64,000 nucleotides of DNA, taken from positions 46,673,596-46,737,595 of the forward strand of contig NC_068998.1 in the NCBI RefSeq assembly GCF_001194135.2, given 5' to 3'. This document shows, in pieces, positions 62,773 through 64,000 of the stretch. Positions within the stretch are counted from its first letter, which is position 1; each line of letters opens with the position of its first letter. The DNA is from Octopus bimaculoides (taxonomy: Eukaryota). The translations under genes were made by a program, and so were the position numbers. The notes beneath the pieces are model-generated. The model was not told the DNA's origin, did not search any database, and saw only the letters and a list, made by a program, of their open reading frames with translations.

Positions 62773-64000
62773 TGTATGTGTGTGCGCGCACGTCTATGTG
62801 TTCATGTGTTTGCGTGTGTGTATGTTCTGTTTCTCACTGCGTATGTTTTTATCTGTGTATCACGATGTATAGTCTTATTATTCTCTCTCCGTCCCCCTCT
62901 CTCTCTGTGTCCCCCTCTCTCTCTGTGTCCCCCTCTCTGTGTGTCCCCCTCNNNNNNNNNNNNNNNNNNNNNNNNNNNNNNNNNNNNNNNNNNNNNNNNN
63001 NNNNNNNNNNNNNNNNNNNNNNNNNNNNNNNNNNNNNNNNNNNNNNNNNNNNNNNNNNNNNNNNNNNNNNNNNNNNNNNNNNNNNNNNNNNNNNNNNNNN
63101 NNNNNNNNNNNNNNNNNNNNNNNNNNNNNNNNNNNNNNNNNNNNNNNNNNNNNNNNNNNNNNNNNNNNNNNNNNNNNNNNNNNNNNNNNNNNNNNNNNNN
63201 NNNNNNNNNNNNNNNNNNNNNNNNNNNNNNNNNNNNNNNNNNNNNNNNNNNNNNNNNNNNNNNNNNNNNNNNNNNNNNNNNNNNNNNNNNNNNNNNNNNN
63301 NNNNNNNNNNNNNNNNNNNNATCAGCGTATCTGTGCGTATTTCTATTTGCTTATATATTCCAGCGTGTACGTGTGTAAGAGAATGTCTATGTTCGTCTGC
63401 CTGCCTGTCTACCTGTCTGCCTGCCTGTCTGCCCGTCAGTCTGCCTGCCTGTCACCACGTGAAGGAGGTATTATTAGGCATCTTGTACAGATCTGAGATA
63501 AAATGAGATTATCCTAATTGAAGCTCTACGAGCATGTGAGTGACTGTGTGTGTGTGTGTTTGTGTATGTGTGAAAGTTAGTGTGAGTATGTATGTTTGTC
63601 TTACGCGTGTGTGTGTGTGTTGTGTGCGTGCATATGTATTCGTATGTGCATGTGTGTGTGTATGCTGCGTGTATGCGCATTTGTGAGTATGCGTGTGTAT
63701 GAATGTATGTTCACATACATTTATATAACATATTTATATATATTTATATGTGTGTGTATATGTATGTATCTATATATGTGTGTATGTATATATATATATG
63801 TGTGTGAATATGTGTATGCATGTGTGTAAACATATAATTTGTATAGTTGTATTTTCATGTGTATGTGTGTGTATGCCTGAGCATATGTATGCACATGTAT
63901 ATGAGAATGTATGTTCATGAGCATATATATAGTTATGTATATACGTTTGTATGTATGCGCAGTTGTGCGTTCATGTATGTATATATATATATATATATAT

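Overview
AT-rich, gap-riddled metazoan scaffold. Its repeat profile (dense (TA)n/(CA)n/(TATG)n/(TATC)n/(AAT)n microsatellites, tRNA-derived SINEs, RTE and R4/Dong-type LINE relics, mariner relics) looks like an octopod cephalopod intron or intergenic region; this is recognised by pattern, not by a search. No complete protein-coding gene is visible, and almost all long ORFs in the track are artefacts of N-gaps or microsatellites. The one solid gene is an intron-containing tRNA-Arg(CCT) at 9978-10075 (-). About 25 SINE copies in several families, four RLE-LINE fragments, one RTE fragment, three mariner derivatives and two small MITEs can be annotated. The most interesting observations are: (1) minimal type-I hammerhead-ribozyme folds in Penelope-like repeat relics, including one with a compensatory G3-C8 core swap (11839-11889) and other core variants; (2) the tRNA-Arg(CCT) intron, whose 3' end fits a TCT anticodon loop better; (3) a 21-nt candidate microexon with a UGC motif (48961-48981) that is phase-compatible with two other weak + strand exon candidates; (4) a mariner built from two fused 5' halves, with an 8-bp satellite born inside one arm and a possible local inversion that split a SINE; (5) Dong-like LINE ends sitting in (AAT)n arrays. 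All exon calls are low confidence.
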